Below, in pieces: positions 51,583 through 60,981 of a DNA stretch of 64,000 nt. Source of the stretch: Oikopleura dioica (taxonomy: Eukaryota; Animalia; Chordata); the NCBI GenBank assembly GCA_907165135.1, contig OU015567.1:3658001-3722000 (forward strand), in the 5' to 3' direction. A program made the position numbers and the translations under genes. Each line of letters starts with the position of its first letter. The first letter of the stretch is position 1. The notes beneath the pieces are model-generated. The model saw only the letters and a list, made by a program, of their open reading frames with translations, was not told where the DNA came from and did no database searches.

Positions 51583-51744
51583 GCAGTTTTTGGATTTTTT
51601 GAAGCTAGAGAACTAAGTCACCCCCTCTGCTGGGGGTGAGGAATTATAGAGAATAGAAGTTGAAGATCATCTTTGTAAGTACACCTAGTTGTCGGCTGCT
51701 CTCAATCAGGCGTTAATTGGCAATTAATTTTAGCTCATTAGCTA

Positions 51745-51835
51745 GCCTCAGGGCAAAATTGCGTGCGTGGCGCTGACGCAGCGCATTATCGCAGCCAATC
51801 ACGTCTCTTGAGAGCAGAAGGGAGGTCACGTACCT
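51745..51835 (+). promoter_or_regulatory. Putative internal promoter of the retroelement
   Basis: GC-rich patch with CGCTGACGCA (CRE-like), CAGCCAATCA (CCAAT box) and GTCACGT, upstream of a G-poor leader. Confidence 0.3.
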
Positions 51836-52293
51836 GTCTAGCCGACCGTGTTCGCCTAACATCTTATGATCTTTTGCTTCCACTCGTAATCTCCTCGACT
51901 TAGTCTGATCATCCCTCAGCAATCACTTTTTCATTAGAGTGATTTCTTGGTCTCACTCTTCTCAACTACCACCGTCACCTTTACTTTGTATTATTTTCCC
52001 TTTCAACGTAAACCTTATTAGTTAAAATTTAAAATTCACAATATAGCTTACCCCCGTATCACTCACGCTACCTGCTTGTTACGCTATTCACTTATCACTA
52101 CTCTCGCTTACTTTATTTTCTTAATTCTATTCCTATTACTGTTGGAAGAGCATGTTCTTTTCGCCCATTCGCAGATGTTGTAATGAGTACAGAAGATATG
52201 CTATTTCTTTTCCCAGCTACTTGTAGCTGAAGTGGGTAGGAGACTACCACAAAAGGGCGAGCTGGGTAATTTAAATGCCATCGTGATCCCCTT

Positions 52294-53307
52294 TTGAGCG
52301 AGTATCAGGAGCTGTCTGTTCACAGAAACGTGCTCTACTCTGCTCTGAGACAAATTGGAGCCAGGACTGAGCTGTCTTTTGTTAAGAATGTGATCGTCCC
52401 GCTCTTTGTCAATCCGTGCCATGTCAGCAGAATTGCCGCGCTGTGGGATGGACGGAAAATGCACGTGAGGTTCATCGACAGATGTAAGTCGCTCACCTCC
52501 ATTGTGTTTGCGAACGCATTTTTAAGCACAATTCCGCATGGCAAAGCCAGGAAGACAGACAGCCACAAAACATCATTTAGCAAGTTTGTGGAGAAACTCA
52601 TATGGTGCCTCAGCAGAATTATTTCAGTCAGATCTTGCAAGAGGACTTGCGCAATTCTAGACTGTTCTTTGAAACTGTCCAAAACTGTTAATAAATCCTA
52701 CCCAGAAGGAAACTCTACGTCTGTCTCTCAAGTTCCCCTGGGAGTTGTTATTTGCGTCCCACTTCTTGCTGACCTTAAAAATTTGGTCCTTTCAGAAAGT
52801 GATAAAAGCCATCACGTGATGGCAAGGGTTTTCTCAGTAACTAACTTAGTTCAGGCCTTGGCTCGGATTGTCGTTACGGGAGGAAACTCGGTTGCTGCCG
52901 GCGCAGAATCTCTAGCAGAAGCCATGTTTAATGGATTTGAAATTACCACTCTTGGCTCAGCAAAGCCCGATAAGGTAGGTCATTTACCTCTCGCGGAACT
53001 GATCATGAGTGGTTTTCAGCCCAAAAAGCCCCGCCAAAATCTCAAGCGGCCCAAAACGCTAGCCAAGCTGAAAACTTGGAGAAGTCGATTACGAAAGTCA
53101 TCGATGATCGCGGCAACAAAGGACCGGCTCCGTCAAAGAGTGCGGCAAAGAAACCCGCTGCTAACTCTGCCACATCCAATTCCCAGGATCAAAGGGGAAA
53201 TCGCCCTGCCCGAGGCGGTGGAGCAAAGCGTGGTCGTGGTGGAAAAAGAAGAGGTAGTTGGAATACCAACCCTGATGGTGGTTCGCGAGGAGGGAAGCGA
53301 AATGTAG
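52294..53307 (+). CDS. Retroelement 5' ORF segment a (unknown; probably continues into the -1 frame near 53025)
   Basis: 337-codon open frame with no recognisable motif. The first in-frame ATG is only at ~52459. Confidence 0.4.
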   Translation: MSEYQELSVHRNVLYSALRQIGARTELSFVKNVIVPLFVNPCHVSRIAALWDGRKMHVRFIDRCKSLTSIVFANAFLSTIPHGKARKTDSHKTSFSKFVEKLIWCLSRIISVRSCKRTCAILDCSLKLSKTVNKSYPEGNSTSVSQVPLGVVICVPLLADLKNLVLSESDKSHHVMARVFSVTNLVQALARIVVTGGNSVAAGAESLAEAMFNGFEITTLGSAKPDKVGHLPLAELIMSGFQPKKPRQNLKRPKTLAKLKTWRSRLRKSSMIAATKDRLRQRVRQRNPLLTLPHPIPRIKGEIALPEAVEQSVVVVEKEEVVGIPTLMVVREEGSEM

Positions 53308-53633
53308 GTAGCAAACCTACGTCACGCCCTCCGCCCAATAATGGAAAAACGAAACAAAATCAGAACCCCCTCGACGCCGCCGAAGCCGATGTTCCGGTAG
53401 CTGAAACAGTATCGAAAGACAAGCTTAACAGGCGCAAAGCCACAAGAAATAAGCTGAAGCCTACTCTTCTTAAACCCAAAATGGATGAAATCGAAGAGGA
53501 CGTTAAGTTGAATCTTAACGAAGATGACATCGGGAGAAGCGATGAAGAGAATCTCACTCCTTTTCCGCAAGGTGGAACACCGCTCAAAGCGATGCCGGGT
53601 GACTCTCAAGACCTCTCCCCGAACACAGGTTGA
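52974..53633 (+). CDS. Retroelement 5' ORF segment b: basic RG/RGG-rich disordered region
   Basis: Frame open from 52974: RPARGGGAKRGRGGKRRGSW...GGSRGGKR, followed by an acidic patch. This resembles a nucleic-acid-binding ORF1 region. Confidence 0.6.
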   Translation, partial: GRSFTSRGTDHEWFSAQKAPPKSQAAQNASQAENLEKSITKVIDDRGNKGPAPSKSAAKKPAANSATSNSQDQRGNRPARGGGAKRGRGGKRRGSWNTNPDGGSRGGKRNVGSKPTSRPPPNNGKTKQNQNPLDAAEADVPVAETVSKDKLNRRKATRNKLKPTLLKPKMDEIEEDVKLNLNEDDIGRSDEENLTPFPQGGTPLKAMPGDSQDLSPNTG

Positions 53634-56281
53634 GGAAGGCTCCTGGTGGTGGTAAGTTCTACACCAACGAAAGTGATGCCATCGACAAAGTACCGTACGC
53701 CGACTCTTTCGTCGGCGACGATGCCGCTTCCTCCTACATGTCCCTTGAAACCCCTACGCCAGTGGGAGAAACCAAGCAATTGTTTTCCCAGAAGGACGAA
53801 GGGGTGAACTATATGCTGGAATCAATTAGCGATCTTCTCCAATTTAAACACACCGTCAAGACAATAACCACTGATGAGGTGGCGTTTCATGTGGACAATC
53901 GTTACAAGCGATTCCAGGGACTGGCCCTCAACTTCATCAAAGCTAGCTCGGCTGGAAACGATGAACTCCTAATGGATATCCCTGCAATTTATCCACCGCA
54001 ATGGCGGGAAGAGAAGTATAACGGTCATATTCTCACCAAAGTTAGCCTTTTGGTCTTTTACAACACGCTAAAACGGCTCGCAATTCCAACTGAGAATATC
54101 CAGACCATTATTATCCAACGTACGGATGGCACGATGGTCGAAGATGGCGACACTGATTGGAAAAGAAACTCCGATGCAGTGGTGCGTGGAGTAAGGTTTA
54201 AATTCCTATTGGACTTCATCAAATACATCTTCTTCGCAGTTAAAACGCTGCAGCTTTTTGATCCTGCCAGACTCATGGCAAACACCACTGCTTGGGCAAC
54301 TATCTTCTCCATGCGCGAGTTCGATGGTCAGGGAAAATTTGTGATCAATAATGCTGATGACAAAGGGCTCTACAAGAAGATAAAATATTTCTTCACTCGC
54401 TTCAAATCCTACGTGAATAGCTCTCAAGCGCCAAACTTCACCTTCAAGGAACACTCGATGACCGTAGGTATCTTACCTATGGCGGAGATTTTCTCCTCCG
54501 AGCTGAAGAAAATGAAGTTTGTTAACCCGAATGTTGAAAGCTGCAAAGAAGCACTCGGAGTTGCTTATGATAATCACCATAACCCTCTCTCCGAAGACAA
54601 CCTGGTCAAAAAAGGTCGAGGAAACCTAGGGAAGGCCTATCAGCTCATCCTGGACGCAATTGATAACGAGATCTTTCGCGTGGAAGGAAATGAGCTCTAC
54701 AAGCTTGACGCCCGTCAGCACTTTGATAATAAAATTGAAGAGCAACGAAGCGGCCTGATGCGCGTCACGTTAGGAGACGCCAAAACTCTGGTGGAAGGGC
54801 GAAGCGCCGCCAAAGTACAGAGAAGTAAGATCCGTTTCTTGGGCAGAACCCTGAAAGCCGGAGCTGGTTCCAAATTCATGAACGATGCCCTGTACACCGC
54901 GTCGACAGCAGCTGGAGTGGTGGAGTGCAACCCTGAGTTTAGAAAGGTTGCTAATACTACCGAAGCTTCTGCCTCGAAACTTCAGAAAATGGACGCAGCA
55001 GCCAAGAAGTTGCGAATTGATTTTGGAAATTCTCAAAAAGATATTCGTAAAACCCTTCGGCTAGCGCAGAGAAACCAGGTAGAATCGTCCACCCTGCATT
55101 ATGGAGGTGCTCAGGCACTGAAAAGCATGCAAGAACAAATGGTAGCGATACTCCAGGGGAAAGAAAAGAGCGACATTCTGGAAGAGGCGGCAATCAACGA
55201 CCGCAACGTCAATCAACTAATTGGTGGCGCCAAGTTCATGGCTTTCAATACTAAATTGGAAGACACTACAAATGAACCCTATCTTGTCCTCAAGGATAGA
55301 GTTATCGACCGCCACCAAACTGTTGACCTGATGGGGAAAGAAGCGAATGTTGGTACGATCTTGAAGTCAGTCTTCGAAGGTGTGCCTGAGAAGGAGATAC
55401 CCCAAGGAGAAAAAGACCTCCAACTAGCCATTCATTTGGATTCAGCCGTTAAAAAGTCGGACCAGCAAGCGTCAGATGAAGAAGAAGTCGATATCGACAT
55501 GACGGAACTCGAAGAGCCAGAAAAGGCAAAGCCGGGACCTACCTTCGTATCACCTCCGAGTTCGATCCCCGGAGCCATTAATTCCAACAATGTGTTCGAA
55601 TCTGATGGCCTACCTAGGCCGGTCTTGGATAAGTCGAGCTCAACCCTCAACATGGACGACATGGACGACGATGATCCAGGTTCAAGCTTTTCCATCACGA
55701 GTACGCAATCTCTAGCGTTTGAAATTCCCAATAAGAGTGAATGGGAGGCGCTGGAGTCAATGACCGATATTCCATTGAAGCTAATTGCCTCCACCCCAGC
55801 TAGAAGGCAAGGAATTGTGGTACGCCGACTGGAAACGGCGGGGTCTACAAGCATGAAAGTCATCCCCTTGGACGAATTCGACAAGAGTGAAGTTGCCAGA
55901 TATTCAAGTCCACAAGACTACGTTAAAAAACGTAAGCCGCCGATGTTTGAATCCTGGGACAAGCTCATGCAGCTGGAAAGTTCCGGCGAAAGAAGAGTGG
56001 CCGACATTGAAAATGTCATGATGAAGCTCGCTAAGGTTCCGAAAGGATCCAAACATCAGCAAGCTAGAAAATGGATCTTTGTCTTAGCCGACAACTCCAT
56101 CAAAATCTTCAAGCAGTTTATCCAGCTCTTGAAAGAACCCTCGGGAACTTGGACTAGTCTTGGCTTGGACCAGGACGTGGAGCAGATCGAGGACGGCTTT
56201 AAATTCAAAGAAGGTTCCGCTTGGAAAGCCTTTTATGAAGAAGTGAAATATTTTATACGAGCTTATGAACGACCGCAGTAA
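53630..56281 (+). CDS. Retroelement ORF1-like protein (883 codons), no recognised domain
   Basis: Long intact ORF directly upstream of the APE ORF, with a coiled-coil-like stretch (ASKLQKMDAAAKKLRIDF...) and acidic linkers. Confidence 0.8.
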   Translation: MRKAPGGGKFYTNESDAIDKVPYADSFVGDDAASSYMSLETPTPVGETKQLFSQKDEGVNYMLESISDLLQFKHTVKTITTDEVAFHVDNRYKRFQGLALNFIKASSAGNDELLMDIPAIYPPQWREEKYNGHILTKVSLLVFYNTLKRLAIPTENIQTIIIQRTDGTMVEDGDTDWKRNSDAVVRGVRFKFLLDFIKYIFFAVKTLQLFDPARLMANTTAWATIFSMREFDGQGKFVINNADDKGLYKKIKYFFTRFKSYVNSSQAPNFTFKEHSMTVGILPMAEIFSSELKKMKFVNPNVESCKEALGVAYDNHHNPLSEDNLVKKGRGNLGKAYQLILDAIDNEIFRVEGNELYKLDARQHFDNKIEEQRSGLMRVTLGDAKTLVEGRSAAKVQRSKIRFLGRTLKAGAGSKFMNDALYTASTAAGVVECNPEFRKVANTTEASASKLQKMDAAAKKLRIDFGNSQKDIRKTLRLAQRNQVESSTLHYGGAQALKSMQEQMVAILQGKEKSDILEEAAINDRNVNQLIGGAKFMAFNTKLEDTTNEPYLVLKDRVIDRHQTVDLMGKEANVGTILKSVFEGVPEKEIPQGEKDLQLAIHLDSAVKKSDQQASDEEEVDIDMTELEEPEKAKPGPTFVSPPSSIPGAINSNNVFESDGLPRPVLDKSSSTLNMDDMDDDDPGSSFSITSTQSLAFEIPNKSEWEALESMTDIPLKLIASTPARRQGIVVRRLETAGSTSMKVIPLDEFDKSEVARYSSPQDYVKKRKPPMFESWDKLMQLESSGERRVADIENVMMKLAKVPKGSKHQQARKWIFVLADNSIKIFKQFIQLLKEPSGTWTSLGLDQDVEQIEDGFKFKEGSAWKAFYEEVKYFIRAYERPQ

Positions 56282-58232
56282 AAACTCGCAGATGTTCAAT
56301 GCTGCTACCAACTACACTGTGCTTAACTGGGTTCCTAAACCAAGTGTGAGGGGGCATATTACATTCATCAATGGAATCGACGGCCTGGTGTCTAACAAAG
56401 GGCTGAAGTTCTCTCACATTCCAATGAGAGCGCTGTGTAGGTCCTTTACCTACTTTGTCTGTCGAGGCGATGGTATGAGAGCCACTTTTGGGCAAATCGA
56501 CCATGGCCTGGCGGGCAATCATATTACTGGAACACCCGACAACGTCATCGTTGAGCCGGTAAGCCCTCTTGAAAGAGAGACAAGAGTTGAAATGGTTAAA
56601 AATCTTATAAAGTGTAGATATATGAGAGATAACTGCTCGGAATGGAATATACCAGTTGACGTCATTCTTAAAAAGGCGGAAACTGACATTTACCTTAAAG
56701 ATTTTGTCACCCAGGTCAACTCTTTTCTGCTCAAGGATGTCACATCGATAAATTTTCATCGATGGATGCATTCCCCTGATTGTTTTAAAAATTTCAATCC
56801 TAGGGGAATTCTTAAACCGTCGGTCCATGAAGATGAAATTTCACGCAGCAAAGAAAAAATTACAATCAAATCACTTGTTAGGGAAAAGCGAGAGGCAATA
56901 CTCTTGGCGCGTACAAATGATCTGTTAAAAAAAGCAATCGTCCCCTTCTCACCCTTCATCTCTTACAATATTCTCTCACCAATGGACTTCATTCACGCCT
57001 GCAACCTGCCCCCTGAAGTTACTCAACTAATGGAGGTCACGGACCTATCTTACAGAGGTAAGGCGTTACCTTCGAATGAAGACCCTTGCGAACTTGAGCG
57101 AAAAGTCAATGAGCACAATAATGCGCTTATAACTAAATCCCCAAAACTCAAGATTGTTTTTGCCAACCTGGGCAAAGTGGGTTTGGCAAGAATTCATGAA
57201 CTCACGAATGAGCTCTTTGACATCCCAATCATCGTGCTCAGTGAAATGTATGCCGACCATGATCTCCTGTCAAACCGTAAGCACTGGCCGAACGGTTACA
57301 CCATTTTCCTTCCTGATCCCTCTCCGACGGGCAATTTAGTGTTCGTCTGCCTCATAGTAAGAAATGAGATTAAGCTCATCCAAAGGCACTCATTAGCACA
57401 AAATCTCCTGTGCAAGTTGGACTTTAAAGGCACGAACCTTTGGGTTTGCGGCATATATCACTTCATCGATAACAAATTCGACGGATACGCAACCAAGTTC
57501 AATTTGGACAGGAGCGTCTTTCTGGACAGCTTACAGGCAGTCAATAACATCTGCAAGGATGAGCCACAAATAATTGGGGGTGACTTTAATAACTCAATCT
57601 TAGACCCGAGGAATCCTAAGGAAGAAAGGGAGGCCAACCTTATCCTAAATTCACTTTCAAACCACCTTATCCACTCGGGTATGGTGAGCTTTAGGAAGAC
57701 GGTTGGGGAGAAAAATAGACTGATCGAGTCGGCAATCGATCATGTCTTCAGTAAAAACATTGTTCATCTTACAACAACTAATTTGGATTTAGTCACGAGA
57801 CTCAGGGCCGATGGGCACATTGGCCTCAAATCCACTTTCAATGTTCAAGGGCCGGACGATGTTTACTGGGAAATTAGAAGAGTGCGTCTTAAGCCTGATC
57901 CTGTGACGTTTTATCAAGAATCCATGAAGGTAGATCACTTACTTACCAAAAATAGGATTCTGCACGATAGAGGTCTCCTCCCAGACTTTTGTATCACAAA
58001 TGCAGGTGTGGAAGCACTAAATGAGCTTTCTGAAAGAATGCAGCCATATGTCGAGAAAGTAATTGCGGTTAAACCCGACAATCCGCGCAGATCACCTCTC
58101 GCGTCCGACTATTTAAAACATACTTTCGCGTTACAAGCTGTTTTAGTGCAATTATTGGCTGCTAGTTTCAGAGTTAGGAATAAGAATAGGGTTATCAGGC
58201 GGGTGCGTGAATGTATTAAAAACTACAACTGA
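56265..58232 (+). CDS. Apurinic-endonuclease-like (EEP) domain preceded by ~290 aa of unknown sequence (ORF2 5' half)
   Basis: LKIVFANLG, IIVLSEM, IIGGDFN, SAIDHVF: the four catalytic blocks of LINE APE. Confidence 0.9.
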   Translation: MNDRSKNSQMFNAATNYTVLNWVPKPSVRGHITFINGIDGLVSNKGLKFSHIPMRALCRSFTYFVCRGDGMRATFGQIDHGLAGNHITGTPDNVIVEPVSPLERETRVEMVKNLIKCRYMRDNCSEWNIPVDVILKKAETDIYLKDFVTQVNSFLLKDVTSINFHRWMHSPDCFKNFNPRGILKPSVHEDEISRSKEKITIKSLVREKREAILLARTNDLLKKAIVPFSPFISYNILSPMDFIHACNLPPEVTQLMEVTDLSYRGKALPSNEDPCELERKVNEHNNALITKSPKLKIVFANLGKVGLARIHELTNELFDIPIIVLSEMYADHDLLSNRKHWPNGYTIFLPDPSPTGNLVFVCLIVRNEIKLIQRHSLAQNLLCKLDFKGTNLWVCGIYHFIDNKFDGYATKFNLDRSVFLDSLQAVNNICKDEPQIIGGDFNNSILDPRNPKEEREANLILNSLSNHLIHSGMVSFRKTVGEKNRLIESAIDHVFSKNIVHLTTTNLDLVTRLRADGHIGLKSTFNVQGPDDVYWEIRRVRLKPDPVTFYQESMKVDHLLTKNRILHDRGLLPDFCITNAGVEALNELSERMQPYVEKVIAVKPDNPRRSPLASDYLKHTFALQAVLVQLLAASFRVRNKNRVIRRVRECIKNYN

Positions 58233-60943
58233 TCACAGCCAAAGTCAGGCAACTTGATCGCAAAATGCTTGTAGTTGGAAATGACTGTATATCTACAATT
58301 ATTTCCCAAAATCAAGCCTGGAAAATCGCGCGCAGATGGATGAAAAATGCCTCCCCGGGAACTTTCGAGAAACCGGTTAATCTGATCGCTGACGAACTTC
58401 TAGGCCTCCAGCTATCAACGGTCCCGCCGTCGAGCGACAGGGGTTTTAACGCTCACCCAGTCTTGCCGCCAGAGAAACGTTTTCGGCTAACTAAGGTGAG
58501 CTTTCGCAAAATTAGCCCAAATCCCGCCTTCTTAGACTTCTATAAAAGGAGCAAAGCGAAAACCGCCGACCTTAAGGGAATTTCTAGAGAAATGACGGAA
58601 AAGCTGCCGCTCCAGTCGTTCGTCAACCTCATCCTAGAGCCCTTCCGCGATGGCACCACTAACTGTAAGTTTGTTGATAGTTGGAGGGAAAATAAGGTGG
58701 TACCTATTCCTAAGCCAGACGGTCGCGCCAGACCAATTACTGTTGTGCCTTTTCACCTGGGGCACCAGGAGAAGGCACAATGCGAGCTCTTTGCCGCATT
58801 TGTCGAGCATTATGGGCTTGTACCACGTGAACAATTTGGTTTTCGACGCAGTAGAAGCTGCGGTGGTGCAGCCTTTGCCGCCAAATTCGCCATCGACTCG
58901 CTTTCAGGGGATTTGGACGATGATGGTAAGTCATTGACCTACCCTGCTTGGGCAATGGTCAGTTGTGATGCCAAAAACGCCTTCGGAGTTATTCCACATG
59001 ATAAATTATTACTTGCGTTGAGCGGAATAGTCTCCGAGGCGTTTTTGGCATACATCAAAGAATTCCTCCCCCGGAGTTTTAGAGCGGTTATGAACGGGTT
59101 TGTCAGCGACAAAAAGGTCTTACCCCCTTGGGGCCTTCCACAAGGCTCAAGTTTAAGCCCTGTCTTTTACATCTACTACTGCTCGATCCTCAATAACAAA
59201 ATGATTATAGATCCAATTGATGAGGAGGCGCAGGAAATGGATGCTGAAATCGACTCACAAGTCGCTGAAGAAGGTTGCAAACCTACCTCTCACCAGCTGC
59301 TTGGCCTAGCGCTAAGCTCAGGTGAGCAAAAAGTCAAAATGGGTACAAGGCTGTGCCCGCACGGCATCAGTACTCATGTTGGCTTATCAGTTTCATTCGC
59401 AGATGATTACATTGCTATAGTTGGTGGATTCACGAGAGCCGCCACGTTCCGAGCAATCAAAACCTCCAGCAACAATGTACTCTGCGAACTGCAAAGAAGC
59501 GGAATCCGCACTGCACCCCACAAATCCAGCTTGGTCATGTTCTGTAAGTCAACGTTTTCGGAGCGGGACAATGCCCTAACAGAAAAATACTTTACAGATA
59601 AATCCGGCCAAACAGGAATTTCACTTGGTGGGGTTTTTGTAAAAACTTCAGAGAAGGTTAAGTACTTAGGAATCTGGCTTGAATCAGTCAATGGAACGGT
59701 CTCTTTTGACCTTCACCATAAGACGATTCGAGGCAGATTTCGAAATGTGGTGGAACAAATTAGCATACTTTTCGGTGCAATGCCCCGAGAGCTTCTGGCC
59801 TGCATTGTCAGAGCGCAACTAGGGGGCCTAGCCTTACATGGTGCTGATTATATTAACCCTCCAAAAAAGCACATGATGATTGGAATGCAAAGCCTCTATT
59901 CGAACGCCCTCTGGCAACGTAGGTCAGTGCCCTATTTTCTGGAGAGTAAACGTCTTGAGCTGAAGTGGAAAGATGCCCAATTTTTTCAAAAATTCAAGGA
60001 ATCATTTCATGAGAGATTTCATGGCCATTGCCCTGAACAGGAGTTTATGGCTGTTCGAATTTTTGGACAAATCCCCCTTCACCTTATGTATCTAAAGCAA
60101 GCCACCATGTCCATCTACAAAGCTTTTCGGTACAACACTCCAGAGTTGCCCGCCGAGCTTGTGCGCTCTGCACTAATGGTCTGTAATAGATTTGGTGAAC
60201 CCATTTGTAAACTGCCGGAGTTATTTCTTGCTGAAAGACTGGAACGGACTTTCATCGACCGCTCGAGATTTACGGAAGGTAGAATACCTGGCCGTTTAAC
60301 TCGAAGTGAGCAAGAAGCAATCTTCGCGGCAAAAACCTTTCACCTAAGATTCTCAGCACTAATCGACACTGATGTTGTCGAGATCAAGTTCATCACCCCC
60401 AAGTGTAGTGCCGATGACCATTATAAGATCGATAAAAAGGCCTGGCCGTGGTACCTAGAAGGATTCTTTAATAGCCTACCTACTGACATTAGGAAAGCTT
60501 TTATCACCTTTAGCTTCGGCTCGGAGCTGAAGGCAGCATTAGCAACAGCACACTTCCATAATGAAGACAGCTTTGTTTGTAATGTATGCGTTCGACCAGT
60601 CGGTGTTAAACATGATAACGGACTTAGGATACCCCTCGTATTACACAACCCAGATGAACATGATCGCAACGCTTACGACTTGCTTACCAAAAACCAGAGA
60701 GCAGCAGGGATCCAAGCTCTCATTGCGTGGTTCTTTGCCACAAAGCAAGAGAGATTGCGCATCTCATCTGCTCTGAAGTTTAACAGCTTTTTCCAGTTAA
60801 TGGACAAGATCTCTCTGGTGGAAGGCCTTAACAATATCATTAAAGGGCTACTCTTTGACCCGAAATTTAGAGAAGGGGTTAGGAAGGTAATTTACCTACA
60901 GGACAATGAACTGTTCGGCCCTGTCAACAATAAGGATTACTGA
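58220..60943 (+). CDS. Non-LTR reverse transcriptase (ORF2 3' half; frame open from 58220, ATG 58265)
   Basis: WRENKVVPIPKP, RPITVV, QFGFRRSRSC, CDAKNAFGVIPH, PQGSSLSP, FADD, HKSSLVMF, KYLGIWL. C-terminal HFH..CNVC..H. Confidence 0.95.
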   Translation, partial: KLQLITAKVRQLDRKMLVVGNDCISTIISQNQAWKIARRWMKNASPGTFEKPVNLIADELLGLQLSTVPPSSDRGFNAHPVLPPEKRFRLTKVSFRKISPNPAFLDFYKRSKAKTADLKGISREMTEKLPLQSFVNLILEPFRDGTTNCKFVDSWRENKVVPIPKPDGRARPITVVPFHLGHQEKAQCELFAAFVEHYGLVPREQFGFRRSRSCGGAAFAAKFAIDSLSGDLDDDGKSLTYPAWAMVSCDAKNAFGVIPHDKLLLALSGIVSEAFLAYIKEFLPRSFRAVMNGFVSDKKVLPPWGLPQGSSLSPVFYIYYCSILNNKMIIDPIDEEAQEMDAEIDSQVAEEGCKPTSHQLLGLALSSGEQKVKMGTRLCPHGISTHVGLSVSFADDYIAIVGGFTRAATFRAIKTSSNNVLCELQRSGIRTAPHKSSLVMFCKSTFSERDNALTEKYFTDKSGQTGISLGGVFVKTSEKVKYLGIWLESVNGTVSFDLHHKTIRGRFRNVVEQISILFGAMPRELLACIVRAQLGGLALHGADYINPPKKHMMIGMQSLYSNALWQRRSVPYFLESKRLELKWKDAQFFQKFKESFHERFHGHCPEQEFMAVRIFGQIPLHLMYLKQATMSIYKAFRYNTPELPAELVRSALMVCNRFGEPICKLPELFLAERLERTFIDRSRFTEGRIPGRLTRSEQEAIFAAKTFHLRFSALIDTDVVEIKFITPKCSADDHYKIDKKAWPWYLEGFFNSLPTDIRKAFITFSFGSELKAALATAHFHNEDSFVCNVCVRPVGVKHDNGLRIPLVLHNPDEHDRNAYDLLTKNQRAAGIQALIAWFFATKQERLRISSALKFNSFFQLMDKISLVEGLNNIIKGLLFDPKFREGVRKVIYLQDNELFGPVNNKDY

Positions 60944-60981
60944 ACTAAAACCTCGTTGACTAACTCCCACCTTCCTCGTTC

